From Paraspadella gotoi (lineage: Eukaryota > Animalia > Chaetognatha), in assembly GCA_051294375.1 (NCBI GenBank), contig CM119271.1:6511632-6575631 (forward strand): DNA of 64,000 nt. The letters run 5' to 3'. Position 1 is the stretch's first letter. Each line of letters begins with the position of its first letter. The notes beneath the pieces were generated by a model. The model had not been told where the DNA came from. It was given only the letters and a program-made list of their open reading frames with translations, and searched no databases. Below are positions 13,975 through 25,899 of this stretch, one piece after another. The position numbers were made by a program, and so were the translations under genes.

Positions 13975-14235
13975 TTCCTTTTTTCCTTCTTTCCTTCTTT
14001 TCTTTTTTCCTTCTTTCCTTTTTTCCTTCTTTCTTTTTTCATTCTTTCCTTTTTTACTGTTCTCCTTTTTTCCTTCTTTCCTTTTTTACTTTTCTCCTTT
14101 TTTCCTTCTTTCCTTTTTTACTTTTCTCCTTTTTTCCTTCTTTCTTTTTTTACTTTTCTCCTTTTTTCCTTCTTTCTTTTTTTACTTTTCTCCTTTTTTC
14201 CTTCTTTCCTCTTTTCCTTTTTTCCTTCTTTCCTC
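13975..14235. repeat. Polypyrimidine minisatellite, unit about 32 bp
   Basis: TACTTTTCTCCTTTTTTCCTTCTTTC recurs about 5 times. Confidence 0.8.
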
Positions 14236-16305
14236 CTTGAATCTCCTTTTCTTCCCTGCGTCCTTCTACCGAAGGTTCGTCGTGTCCATCGTCTTTTCTC
14301 TTCTACCTCGCTTTTTTCCGGTATCTCACCTCCTCCTCCTCCTCCTTTTTCCTCCTCCTCCTCCTTCCTCCTCCTCCTCCTCCTCTTCTTCTTCTATCCC
14401 CCGTAGCGATGACGATGTTTTTCTCGAGACTTTCATTTCTTTTCTTTCCTCCATTTTTTTCTTCGTCTCCCGGGTGTGAATCCGAAAAACGACGCATTTC
14501 GGTCTCGTTTTTTTTTCTCTCTCTCTCTCTCTCTCTCTCTCAAAATGTTCACGTTTTGTTTGTTCCGATTTTCTTTTCTTTTTCCTCACTCTCCTTTATT
14601 TTCCTTCCATTTTTTTCTTTTTTCCTTTTTTCTTTCATATACTTTCTTCCTTCTCTTTTCCTTTTTCTACTTCTTCCTTTTTTCCTTCTTCCTCTTTCTT
14701 TCTTCATCTTTCCTTTGACTCCATCTTAATCTCTATTATTTTTCTTTGTTTATTTTTTTTTTTCTTTGCCTTTTTTTCATTCTTCTCTGTTTTACTCTTT
14801 TTTTCTACCTCCTTTTTTCCTCCTCTTTTTCTACTTTGTCCTCTTTCTTCTCTCTTCTTTTTTTTCTTCCTCTTTCCTTTTTTCTCTTTTTCTCCCTTCT
14901 ATTTCCTTTTTTTTTCTTCGCCCTATTTTTTACTCGGGTTCGTGGGATATTTTTTCGTCGTAATTCGTCGTCTTTTTTCGCTCAAAAGTTCTGTATTTTC
15001 TTTCTCTGTTTCGCTTCCTTTAATACATAATATAAATAATATATATATATATATATATGTATATATTATATATTTTAATGTAGTTCATCCTTTTCATCCT
15101 TACTCATTTTTACTACATATTAAAATATTTTATTAGACATTTTAATTATTCGCCATATCACAAAATACTTTTTCCATGTACTTATCACGTCGAATTATTT
15201 GTCTGGCGTGAATACTATTATATATATACTGAATAGTATATAAACTAATCAATTATAGAATCGTGGAACAAAATTCACTCATTTGATGTTCATTTAATCG
15301 ATCGATTTTTTCAGCCGCGAAGAAAAAACTTTTTTTTAAGGCTGATATTCTTTTTCCTAGAATATTTTTTCGCTCGCCCTCATTTCTTGTCGCCACTTGT
15401 ACCATTTTTATCATTATTTGTTTACTCGATTAATATCCCCTTTTAATCGATAAACCGGGGAAACAATTTAAAAAAACGTTTTCTTTAAAACGTGATAAAA
15501 AATTTTCAGAGAAATAATTTTTTTTTTATGTTTGCTGTGTGAAGCGCCCAGCCTCACCAATCTCTTTTCTCGACTCCAAACATTAAAAAAAAAGACTTAA
15601 CCCAAAAACTAAACCTCTTCTCTCTCTCTCTCTCTTTTTTTTTTTTTTTTTTGCTTCTACCTTCTTTTCATTCGTCATTCTGTCTCGCCTTCCCAGATTT
15701 TCACCAAAAGATTCCGCGCAGCCAAAAACGTTTGGCATTTTTTTTTTTCGATTTTTAGCTCAAGTTCTCATCTCCTTTATCCTTGCTTAAAAACTAATTC
15801 CACCCCTTTGCTTACTTCATTACTCATATTGCCGCCTCCGCGTCGAAGCCGAAGCCGCAGCCGCCGACTGCAGCCGCCGACTGCAGCCGCCACAACCGCT
15901 GCCATCCTAAACGACAAAAAAGAAGATCAGATATTAATAAGGAAAAATACTTGGAACGACAAAAATCTCACGCGGTTAGATTGCTTCGTGAATATTTTAC
16001 AAAATGAAAAAGGTTTTTTTTTTCCATCTTTCTTCCAGACGCGAAATAATAATAATTTGTTGTCTTAAAAGCGTCGTTGTTGTCGTTGTAGTTTTTGTTT
16101 TCGTCCTCTTTTTCGTCTTTGTCGTCGTCATCTTCGTCGCTATTTTCGTCGTTCGCTTTTCCGATGAACTTTTTTTTCCCCAGAAGATAATATCTGTGTC
16201 AGAAAAAATATTTTAAAAAAAGAAGTTTTCTTCATTTTTTATGAAATATTTATAACCGATAATCGTGATTGTTCGGTTTTCCTTCTCTCCTTTTCTCTAT
16301 TTATT

Positions 16306-16366
<61 letters not shown>

Positions 16367-16704
16367 GTTTCTTTCTCTCCCCTTCTTTCCCTCTCTCTGT
16401 CTCGCTTTCTCTCTCTCTTTTTATCATATTCACAGAGACGGCGATAATAACGGAAATCTGCCACAATTGATAACAAATTCGGTGAGAATTTTGACGATCT
16501 AACCAAAGAGCAGTGCCAGTGGCCGCGTTATGAGTGCATCCACTGCAGCATTAATTGAAAAGTTTTTTTTATTCAAGAAATAATAAAGAATTTATAAGTG
16601 ATATATCTTTTCACAATTTTTTTTCTATGTCATCATCAGTTTAAAAGAAACAACTGAATTTTATTTTTTTTAAAAACAATTTAGAAACTAAAGCATGTCG
16701 TAGT

Positions 16705-16803
<99 letters not shown>

Positions 16804-17450
16804 CAAATGAAACATCAGAGGGCAAAAAAAATAACCACTATAGGTGATGTGATGTGAATATAAAGGCCGGAATGAGATTATCATTTTGCGCGTTCCGTCC
16901 TTATCATTTGGACCTTAAATTACGCTGCAACAAGATAGACATTGTGTTTGGATATGTGAAGGCCGAACGCTGGGATATCAGGGAATCTACACCAGTGACT
17001 TTTGGTTAAAATAAGTCATTTTGTCTGTTATGCGTTTGGGGAAAAAAGGGAATGAAGCTACGGATAAGTTGTTATCAATTCGTCCCATGTTGTTGTCGTC
17101 CGATAAAACTAGTACCCAATCCAAATTAAATTAAATTAAAACGTCCAATTATTTGGCTTATTGGTGTAACATGTGTCAACGAATCAAATTATACTACAGT
17201 CAAGAGTACAACCATAACACGTCCATCTCGCGTCGAGAATTTATTTATTTATTTTCTGGCGAAAAAGAACTTTACGATTCTTTTGGTGAATCGATTGGCA
17301 GCCGCTCGATAAAACAAGAAGGAGGCGGCGGAGGCGTCAGACGCAGCAGCGCAGGAGAGGCAGCGGAGGCTGTGGAAACGCTGGAGAAAGGGTCGACGGT
17401 TGAGGCGCCGACGATAAAGGCTTCTATGTATATAATATATATATATATAT

Positions 17451-17735
17451 GTAGTCGGGCATTGCCTAGGTTCACCCCGCCGAGAATCATGACGCTTTCA
17501 GTTGTGACCCGGTGGCTCATTGAGTAAAGCCATCAGCTCATGACCACTAGGTACCGGGTTCAATCCCAACCCGGTACCTACCCTGCGGGAAGCGTGAGGA
17601 CGGCCGTAAGCCGCCTTGGGGGCATGGCAAACCCTCAAGCCTGGTTCCAAGCCCAGGGACCCGTTCCATGGCTGCTAGAGGGGGTTATAGAAGTTACGGA
17701 CAGTCATCTTCAGCCCACGTAGCGCCTTATCCACA
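17451..17735 (+). mobile_element. SINE-like dispersed repeat with a tRNA-derived segment, inserted in (TA)n
   Basis: A-box-like TGGCTCATTGAG (17513-17524) and B-box GGGTTCAATCCC. The 5' and 3' parts are clearly homologous to 1621-1806. Flanked by TA repeats. Confidence 0.7.
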
Positions 17736-19063
17736 TATATATGTATATATAGTTTTTATTGGCAACTTAGGCGGTGATATAAGAATTCTGAAGAAGATAA
17801 AATATTTAAAAGAAAAATATGAACTTTAAAAAAAGTCTTATTCGAATCCTTTTTCTATCTGCAGCAGCAAGTTGTTTTTTGTAATCTTAATCATATATTT
17901 ACAAAGGCCTTCCCCGGTAGAATCTTTCCTCTTTGTTCTTGCCGTAGTAAGGTAAAAGGGGGGAAAACAGTAAAAAGTTATTATCAATTTTCATAGTTGA
18001 TTGATTACACATTGTTGGGTATCTGAGGAATCGTTGGCTCTTTTCACGACGGTTGTGACGGACAAACGACGGAGAAGGTAAAAGAGAAAAAGCCAACCAA
18101 ATCTCGTGAGAACAAACAAACGCTTTTTTAAACTACAACCTTTGCTTGCATGACGAAAAACCTTTGGGTCCGCGCCAACTCAAATCGACCTGGCCAGAAA
18201 GTGGGGGGGGGCGGATCGAAGGACGGGGAGGGTCAAAACTAAGCGGCGACTCGTCTTATGTACAGTTGTACACTTGTACAGTTGTACACTCGTTCGAGTT
18301 TCGTTCTCTTTAAAATTTGAACAGAGAACCGCAAATGTTGTAGATTAAGATTGTAGAGAGATGGTGGTTCCGTTAGTCGCTGCGCATTTCGCAATGAAAA
18401 ATCTCCATCAATGGTATTGGCAGCGCCTGGTGGGCCCTTTTCTTTCTTTCCGAAATTAGTGTGTTGGGAATTCGTCCGTTTCATGCCGCTGCGTCGGTAT
18501 GACCACTCGCCACTATCCGCCACTGCCTCTAAGGCTGACCATGCTAATCATCTCGTCTCGACCGTGCGTCCCGAGTTCAATCCCTGGGTATTCCAGTTCT
18601 GGCGTGACAGGACCCGTTTAGACGCGCCATTTTAGGGAGACGGTCACTGACAGTCCACAGCCTCCACTCCAGCTGGCAACATGCCAAGCGTCTCGGATAT
18701 CACAAGCCACGGTTGCCTGAAAAGTTACCCCCACCCAGTTTCATTGGAGAACGTACTATTTACATGCTACCATTAATCCAAGATGTCGGAATCCAACGAG
18801 GTGATATCAAAAGAAATCGATCTTCGCATTTATTTCAACGGAACAAAATTGTATTTTTAAATTTAATGATAAAAATATGATAAGAGTCACGAAGGCCTAG
18901 AAAACATTAGTCGACATAACCGCCTCGGAAAAGATGAGAGGAAAAAAAGATTTTTAAAAAAGAAAAAACTGTTTAAAGGAAAGAATTGCGATGTTCCGAA
19001 GAATGTTTGTCGGTCTCAAGCCTCTATTTATTTCTCTCTCCTCAGCATCCTCCTACTCTCCTC

Positions 19064-19127
<64 letters not shown>

Positions 19128-19515
19128 TCTCATCTCTACTCTCTTCTCGTTGTGTACGCGGCGAGTATTATTGAAGGATTTATAGCCCCATTCGGGTTTC
19201 GCCGCATCCACAAAAGCGAACCTCAGAAAAACACATCCACTTCCCGGCCTTTTTCTAAACTGGCCTTCTTTCGTCTATTGCCCTGCTACCTCCGAAGCCC
19301 GGTTCTATTCCTCCCCTCTTCCATGCCCTGTTTTCTTATCCCAGATGATTCTTCTCCCCCTGTTCCCTCATCTTTCCCCTGCCCCCTGCTTCCCCCTTCC
19401 CACTTTCCCCGGGAGTCCATTTCAAAATTTTCGTTCTCTCTCTTCCGCAAACTCGCAACTATATACCGTCGACATCTTACGTCTTCCCCCTCTATTTCCT
19501 CTCTTTCTCTCTTAT

Positions 19516-19557
<42 letters not shown>

Positions 19558-19967
19558 CTCTCTCTCCTTCTTCTCTCTCTCTCTTTCCTCTACAAAACGC
19601 TTTCTCTCCCCTTTTCTCTTCACACTTTGTCTCAGTCCACCTCTCTCTTTCACTCTCTCTCTCTCCTCTCTCTTCTCTCTCTCCCTCTCTCCCTCCTCTC
19701 TCTTCAATCTTTCTTTCTTCCTTCTTCTCTATCTTTCTTCTCTTTCTTCTCCGTCTTTCTCTCTCTTCTCTTTCTCGATCTCACTAAGACTCATTCAATC
19801 ACGCCTCTCTCCAACTGTCTCTCTTCTCTCTCCCTCCTCTTCTTCCTCCTCCTCCTCCTCCTCCTCCTTTTTCTATGGGATTGCGTCAGCATTGGCTTTG
19901 GTTCTTCCCGTTTCTTTCGCCTCCCAAACATTTCTTTTTATTCCAAACATCCCAATTTCCTTCTTTC

Positions 19968-20036
19968 TTTTTAAGTCGCGTTTGCAACGCGACGCGACTC
20001 TCATAAAACGCCTTTTTGGTCCGTCTGTCGGTCCGT
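19968..20036 (+). mobile_element. DINE-1/Helentron-associated-like element end
   Basis: TTTTTAAGTCGCGT...ACGCGACTCTCATAA inverted repeat followed by GGTCCGTCTGTCGGTCCGT. Confidence 0.45.
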
Positions 20037-20332
20037 AAACATTAAAAAAATAAATTTTAAAAAAAATAAAACTGTTACGGAAAAAGATTTTGGCGTCCAA
20101 ATGTCGCGTTTTTAATATCAAAATTTTAGCATCAATATAAAAATAAAAAGGAGAAAAAAGTTTTCAAAATGTACTCGTAATGACTATTGGACGCTGTTTT
20201 TTTCCTTTTTCTATTTTCGGTGGTCGCGTAACGTCCATTAAGTTTTTTTTTCGGGGGTCGCGGAGAAGGGGGAAGTAAAAAAGAAAAGGGGGCTATAAGA
20301 AAAGAGAATCTTACATCAAATATAGTTTTTTT

Positions 20333-21780
20333 NNNNNNNNNNNNNNNNNNNNNNNNNNNNNNNNNNNNNNNNNNNNNNNNNNNNNNNNNNNNNNNNNNNN
20401 NNNNNNNNNNNNNNNNNNNNNNNNNNNNNNNNNNNNNNNNNNNNNNNNNNNNNNNNNNNNNNNNNNNNNNNNNNNNNNNNNNNNNNNNNNNNNNNNNNNN
20501 NNNNNNNNNNNNNNNNNNNNNNNNNNNNNNNNNNNNNNNNNNNNNNNNNNNNNNNNNNNNNNNNNNNNNNNNNNNNNNNNNNNNNNNNNNNNNNNNNNNN
20601 NNNNNNNNNNNNNNNNNNNNNNNNNNNNNNNNTAAGTAAGAAAGTTAAAAAACGATATTTTTCTCAATAAACTTCGTTGAGCCCAAAAATTAAGCCCAAA
20701 AACATTTTTGGCACTATTTTCCGAAAGCGCCCTAGTTCTTTCCCTTAATCCCCAAACGAAATTTTAACACTAAATTTAACTCTTAATCTCTTTTCTCTCT
20801 AATCCCTAACAGAATCTCTAACCTAATCTAGATTAGTAATCTATAACCCTNNNNNNNNNNNNNNNNNNNNNNNNNNNNNNNNNNNNNNNNNNNNNNNNNN
20901 NNNNNNNNNNNNNNNNNNNNNNNNNNNNNNNNNNNNNNNNNNNNNNNNNNNNNNNNNNNNNNNNNNNNNNNNNNNNNNNNNNNNNNNNNNNNNNNNNNNN
21001 NNNNNNNNNNNNNNNNNNNNNNNNNNNNNNTTATCGAATTTTGATAAACAAAACCATTAGAACTTCCGATTTTTTCTGAGTTTGGGCGGAAAAAAAAATC
21101 GTTTTTATTGACTGAGGATCCGAAGACCTCCCTTTTTTCTTTCTTTTTCTTTCTTTTTTTTTAATAATTCACTAAATTTTAGTTTTAATTTCGTCTTCCG
21201 TCTTTTCGTCGCTTTTATCGTTGATTATATATGGATAAAATTTTAAATATATATCGGGAAAGTTTAAGAGGATTTTTGGAGCGATGTGAGAATCAATATT
21301 TATAAAATCTGTTGGGGGGGGGAAAATAAACTTTTAATTAGTTTCCTTCGATTTTTTAAAATTTTATTTTATGACTCCCCGAGTGGAAAACATAAAACGA
21401 CAAAATAGCAGCTCATGTGGCAAAATATGGAACGAGCCCGGCTGAACCGAGTAGTAATACAAACGAGAGTCTTGTACAAGAGTTTTCGGCCATAAATTAT
21501 AAAAGAATTTTACAAATCATCGAGAGCTCGAAGTCAATAAAAAATATTCACTACCCGATGCACAAATGCGCTTTATGCATTTATGGTCTCAAGCTGATAT
21601 TTTTAAGTAAAAGATATTTGAGACGATAAAATTTATAACCAATTTTCTGTTGGAACCTAAAACGTGTGTTTTTATCAAGAATTTTCTTTTTAATTTGATT
21701 AAAGTGATGAAAAAAATGTATAATTTCGCAAAATGCTTCAGCACGATCTTTGGAAAGAAATTTGTTTGTTTTTCTGAATT

Positions 21781-21815
<35 letters not shown>

Positions 21816-22258
21816 NNNNNNNNNNNNNNNNNNNNNNNNNNNNNNNNNNNNNNNNNNNNNNNNNNNNNNNNNNNNNNNNNNNNNNNNNNNNNNNNNNNNN
21901 NNNNNNNNNNNNNNNNNNNNNNNNNNNNNNNNNNNNNNNNNNNNNNNNNNNNNNNNNNNNNNNNNNNNNNNTCCGCACATCTTTCTCTCGGGACTTCATT
22001 TTTCTTCATTTACTTTTTCCTTCCGCAAATTTCTTTTTCCATTTTGTTTGGCTCCGTTTTATTATTCCATCAATTAAAGCTTTTTTTTTGGATTATTTTC
22101 TTATTCAGATTATTAACCATAACCAAAAAAAAGGATCAAGCAAAGGGAAAAAAAACAAAAGACACAAGTGAAAACAAAAGGTTTTTGGGCGGAAGAAACG
22201 AATCGATTCCATTGCCGGCGTTGGCCTCATCCCATCGCTGACCTTCGGCCCCTTCCAA

Positions 22259-22291
<33 letters not shown>

Positions 22292-22458
22292 NNNNNNNNN
22301 NNNNNNNNNNNNNNNNNNNNNNNNNNNNNNNNNNNNNNNNNNNNNNNNNNNNNNNNNNNNNNNNNNNNNNNNNNNNNNNNNNNNNNNNNNNNNNNNNNNN
22401 NNNNNNNNNNNNNNNNNNNNNNNNNNNNNNNNNNNNNNNNNNNNNNNNNNNNNNNNNN
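20333..22458. other. Cluster of assembly gaps (20333-20632, 20851-21030, 21816-21971, 22292-22458); also 465-489 and 25807-25831
   Basis: N runs, mostly abutting microsatellites. Confidence 0.99.
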
Positions 22459-22638
22459 GCTTGATGAATTGCCCATTTGGTCGGCACCCAAGGGGGGGCG
22501 CAATGACCAAGGCGCTGGGCGCAGGTCGACGACGCCGGGAAGGAAACGACGCCGACTTGGTCCGCGCCAGAAACGACGCCGCCGCCGCCGCCGTCGACGC
22601 TGGAAATGAAGGAATGACGCCGCGGACGGGAGATTGAG

Positions 22639-22672
<34 letters not shown>

Positions 22673-23209
22673 TCTATAAAAAAAATAAAGAAACGCGCGA
22701 AACGAATTCGAATATACGCGAAAATATTGTTAAAAACGATCGATAAATATTTATTAAACCTACTATGTGCGACTTTGAATCAGCGAGGTTCCATTTCTAA
22801 GAAATTCTACCCGGGCTTAAATCTCATAAAACAAAAGGTCAAAACTGGAAATAAAGAGAGAAAGTGACAAACGTCTCTCCGTACGCATATCAAAAGGACT
22901 GAGGATGAAGGGACTCGCGCCGAATTAATAAACAAACATGAGCCTAAAATCCGTGAAAAGCCGGGAATTTCTGCATCACAACGAGCACAGGTGAGTCGGA
23001 GGGAGATGACCCCAATTGACAGATGTCGAAGCGCATCTCCTGTCCGATGGAGTCGTGGGATGGACATTGGACAATGGACAAAGATATAGTTATAGTTACT
23101 GTTATGGTTTAATAGAGTTGATCCATCGTTAGTTTGTCGCTTTGAGGCCAATTTCATTCTGAAGAAGGGAAGGTACAACTACGAGACCTTTTTGGTGGGT
23201 GGTATTATG

Positions 23210-23596
23210 CAGATCTGCTCAAAATAAAGTTTAATAGTAGTGATAATTCGTTATTTGAAGGAAAATTACACTTTTTACGACTCAGTTAATTAGTACTTGG
23301 TCGGACCACCATTTGCTCCCAGCACTGCTTCCATGCGACGAGGGCGAGAGTCATAGAGGCTGCGCAAATATGAAGGCTGAAGGGTTCAGCTTCCGCCAAA
23401 TGCGTTTTACAATTTTTATTATTTCGTCGACGGTTTTAGCACAGCTTCTATAATATTTAGCCTAGAAACCTCATCATGGGCTCAAATGAAGGATCTTTAT
23501 CTTGGCTTTAAAATTACCCTAAGTTCTAATTAATAGGACGACAGATAAGGGAGATAGTCGGGAGTCCAAAGTTTAAACTTTTTTTGAGCAGATCTG
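23210..23596 (-). mobile_element. Internally deleted Tc1/mariner DNA transposon with decayed transposase C-terminus
   Basis: About 24-bp TIRs CAGATCTGCTCAAAA(T)AAAGTTTAA, with TA on the right flank and TG on the left. Minus strand 23442-23290 encodes AKTVDEIIKIVKRIWRKLNPS/YLRSLYDSRPRRMEAVLGANGGPTKY*, the typical Tc1 transposase end, frameshifted by a 7-nt duplication. Confidence 0.88.
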
Positions 23597-25571
23597 TATT
23601 ATATTGTATTTATAAAACTTACATCTATGTACTATTAGATGTCACTTCAGCAATTAATACATTGAATTTGTTTGATAACTTTGCAGTGAGCAGAATTTTT
23701 AGAGAAACGAGTTTTGACGTAGTTTTTTTCCTTAGCTGGAGCAATTGTGCAACTCGAGCATGGATTAGCTGGAGTTTTCCTTGGATGGAGCGATTTTCTG
23801 AGCCAAAAAATCCGAGCTGATTTTGAAAAGAAAAATCCAGCCTTCGCCATTAACACCGATTCCTAGCGAGTGGCCAGAAAAAAGAGAGAGAGAGAAAGAG
23901 AGAGAGAGAGAGCGAGGTAGAGAGAGCAGGGGAGAGAGAAAGAGGGAGGGAGGAAAAGAGAGAGCGAGGTAGAGAGAGAGAGGGGAGTGAGAAAGAGAGA
24001 GAGCAAGGTAGAGAGAGAGGGGGAGAGAGAAAGAAAGAACGAGGAAGAAAAAGATCTATGGGTAGAAAGAAAGCACGGAAGAGAGAGAGCGAAAGAGAGG
24101 GAGAGAGAGAGATATCTAAAGAGATAGAGAGAGGAAGAGAGAGCGAGAGGGGAAAAAATCGAGGCAGAGAGAGACCAAAGGAGAGCGAGAAAAAAGAGGG
24201 TAAAGAGAGAAAGACAGAGAGAGAATTGAAAAAAAACAGCTAAGAGGCTTTTTTAACAGGAACCTCCCTCCATTTCGACTTTGCTTGGCCTCGCCTTCCC
24301 GCGGGCGGATCCAATAAACACATATTTACTCCCTCTAGAGTTTTTTTCCTTCTCTCACTCATGTTCCGCTTTTTTTCCCCCACATTCTCTCTCCTTTCTT
24401 TTTTTCTCATTTTTTTTTTAAAAAAAAGAGAGAAGATGCCAGACAAATGTATTTGGCACGGGCTTTTGTAGTTCAATAACCTTTGCTACACTGCCTGGTA
24501 TAAGCCTAAGGCGACCTCTCAAAAACAAGTACGGAGCACTAAAGGAGGCTTTTTCTGACGAACAAAAGGACAACCTTGAAAAAAACTAGTGCATAAGACT
24601 TTTTATTGGAAAATTTTGATACATTAGTCAAATTGAATTAAATTTAAATTAAATAGGAGAAAATTTCAAATATCGCTTTTAAAGTAAAAAAAAAAACATT
24701 TAAAAATTTTTGAACATTTACATGTATTAATATAGGCTAATGCGAAAATTGAAAAATAAAAAAAAATTATTTAAAAATATATCCCACAGCTGCAATGCTT
24801 CACATTTTTATTCTACTTGATTCTAAAGTTTTCTACTCTTTACTCCTTATATAATGTATCGTCCTCACAGCTAACAAAAATGCAAATAATACTAATATCA
24901 TCTCATTTTCGATCAATTTTATCCTTATCATGATTTTTCAATTGTTTTAGCATGATTATGAATCATTATTTGTTTACGATGTATCAATCTTTTTTTATTA
25001 ATATGTATTATTTTAAGCTCAAAATCTTAATATTAAAAAAATTATGTGTTATTATTTATGTTACTAAATTTTTTAATTTTTTTTTTCCCTTCTTTTTGCT
25101 TTCTTTCCTCTCATACGTTTCATGTATCTGTCTTTACTTAATTTTTATTGATTTCGTTTTTTTTGAACATCGGTGGAATGACCCTACAATAATGTAATAG
25201 CTTTCAAAAAGGCCTTATCTCTTTAAAAGAGACTTCCCGGATCCGCGCGAACCTATGGATCGATCCGCGCCGGGAGGCAGAGAGAAGAGCCTCCGGCGGT
25301 GAGCGAGGGGTAAGAGAGAGACGAAGAGAGTAAAGTCCGCGCTGGCAGCTAACGATCGGATCGACTTTGCAGCCCGCGCGATCCGGGAGATGAAGGAGAA
25401 AGGAAGAGGAAGAGGAGTAAGAGACATAGCCGAAGCGCAAAAAAGTCGAAGGCAGGGGAGAAGCCGATCGGAGCCGGCCGCGCGGCTGCTCAGCCGAGAG
25501 CCTGTGCGCTGTTTCGAGCGCTTCTAGTATAGGCCATGAGAGAGAGAAGAGAGAGAGAGAGCAGAGAGAAG

Positions 25572-25603
<32 letters not shown>

Positions 25604-25686
25604 AGAGAAGAGAAGAGAGAGGAAGAGAGAGAGAAAATAAGAGAATAGAGAGAGAAGAGAAGAGACAAAGCAGAGAGAGAAAGAGC

Positions 25687-25720
<34 letters not shown>

Positions 25721-25857
25721 GAGAAGAAAGATCGAGAAGAGAGAGAGAGAGAGAGAAGAGAGGAAGGAAGAGAGCAGCGCAACAAAAGGAAAAAAGAGTG
25801 AATCCGNNNNNNNNNNNNNNNNNNNNNNNNNCTCTTTTCACCGTTCCTCTCCTCTCT

Positions 25858-25899
<42 letters not shown>

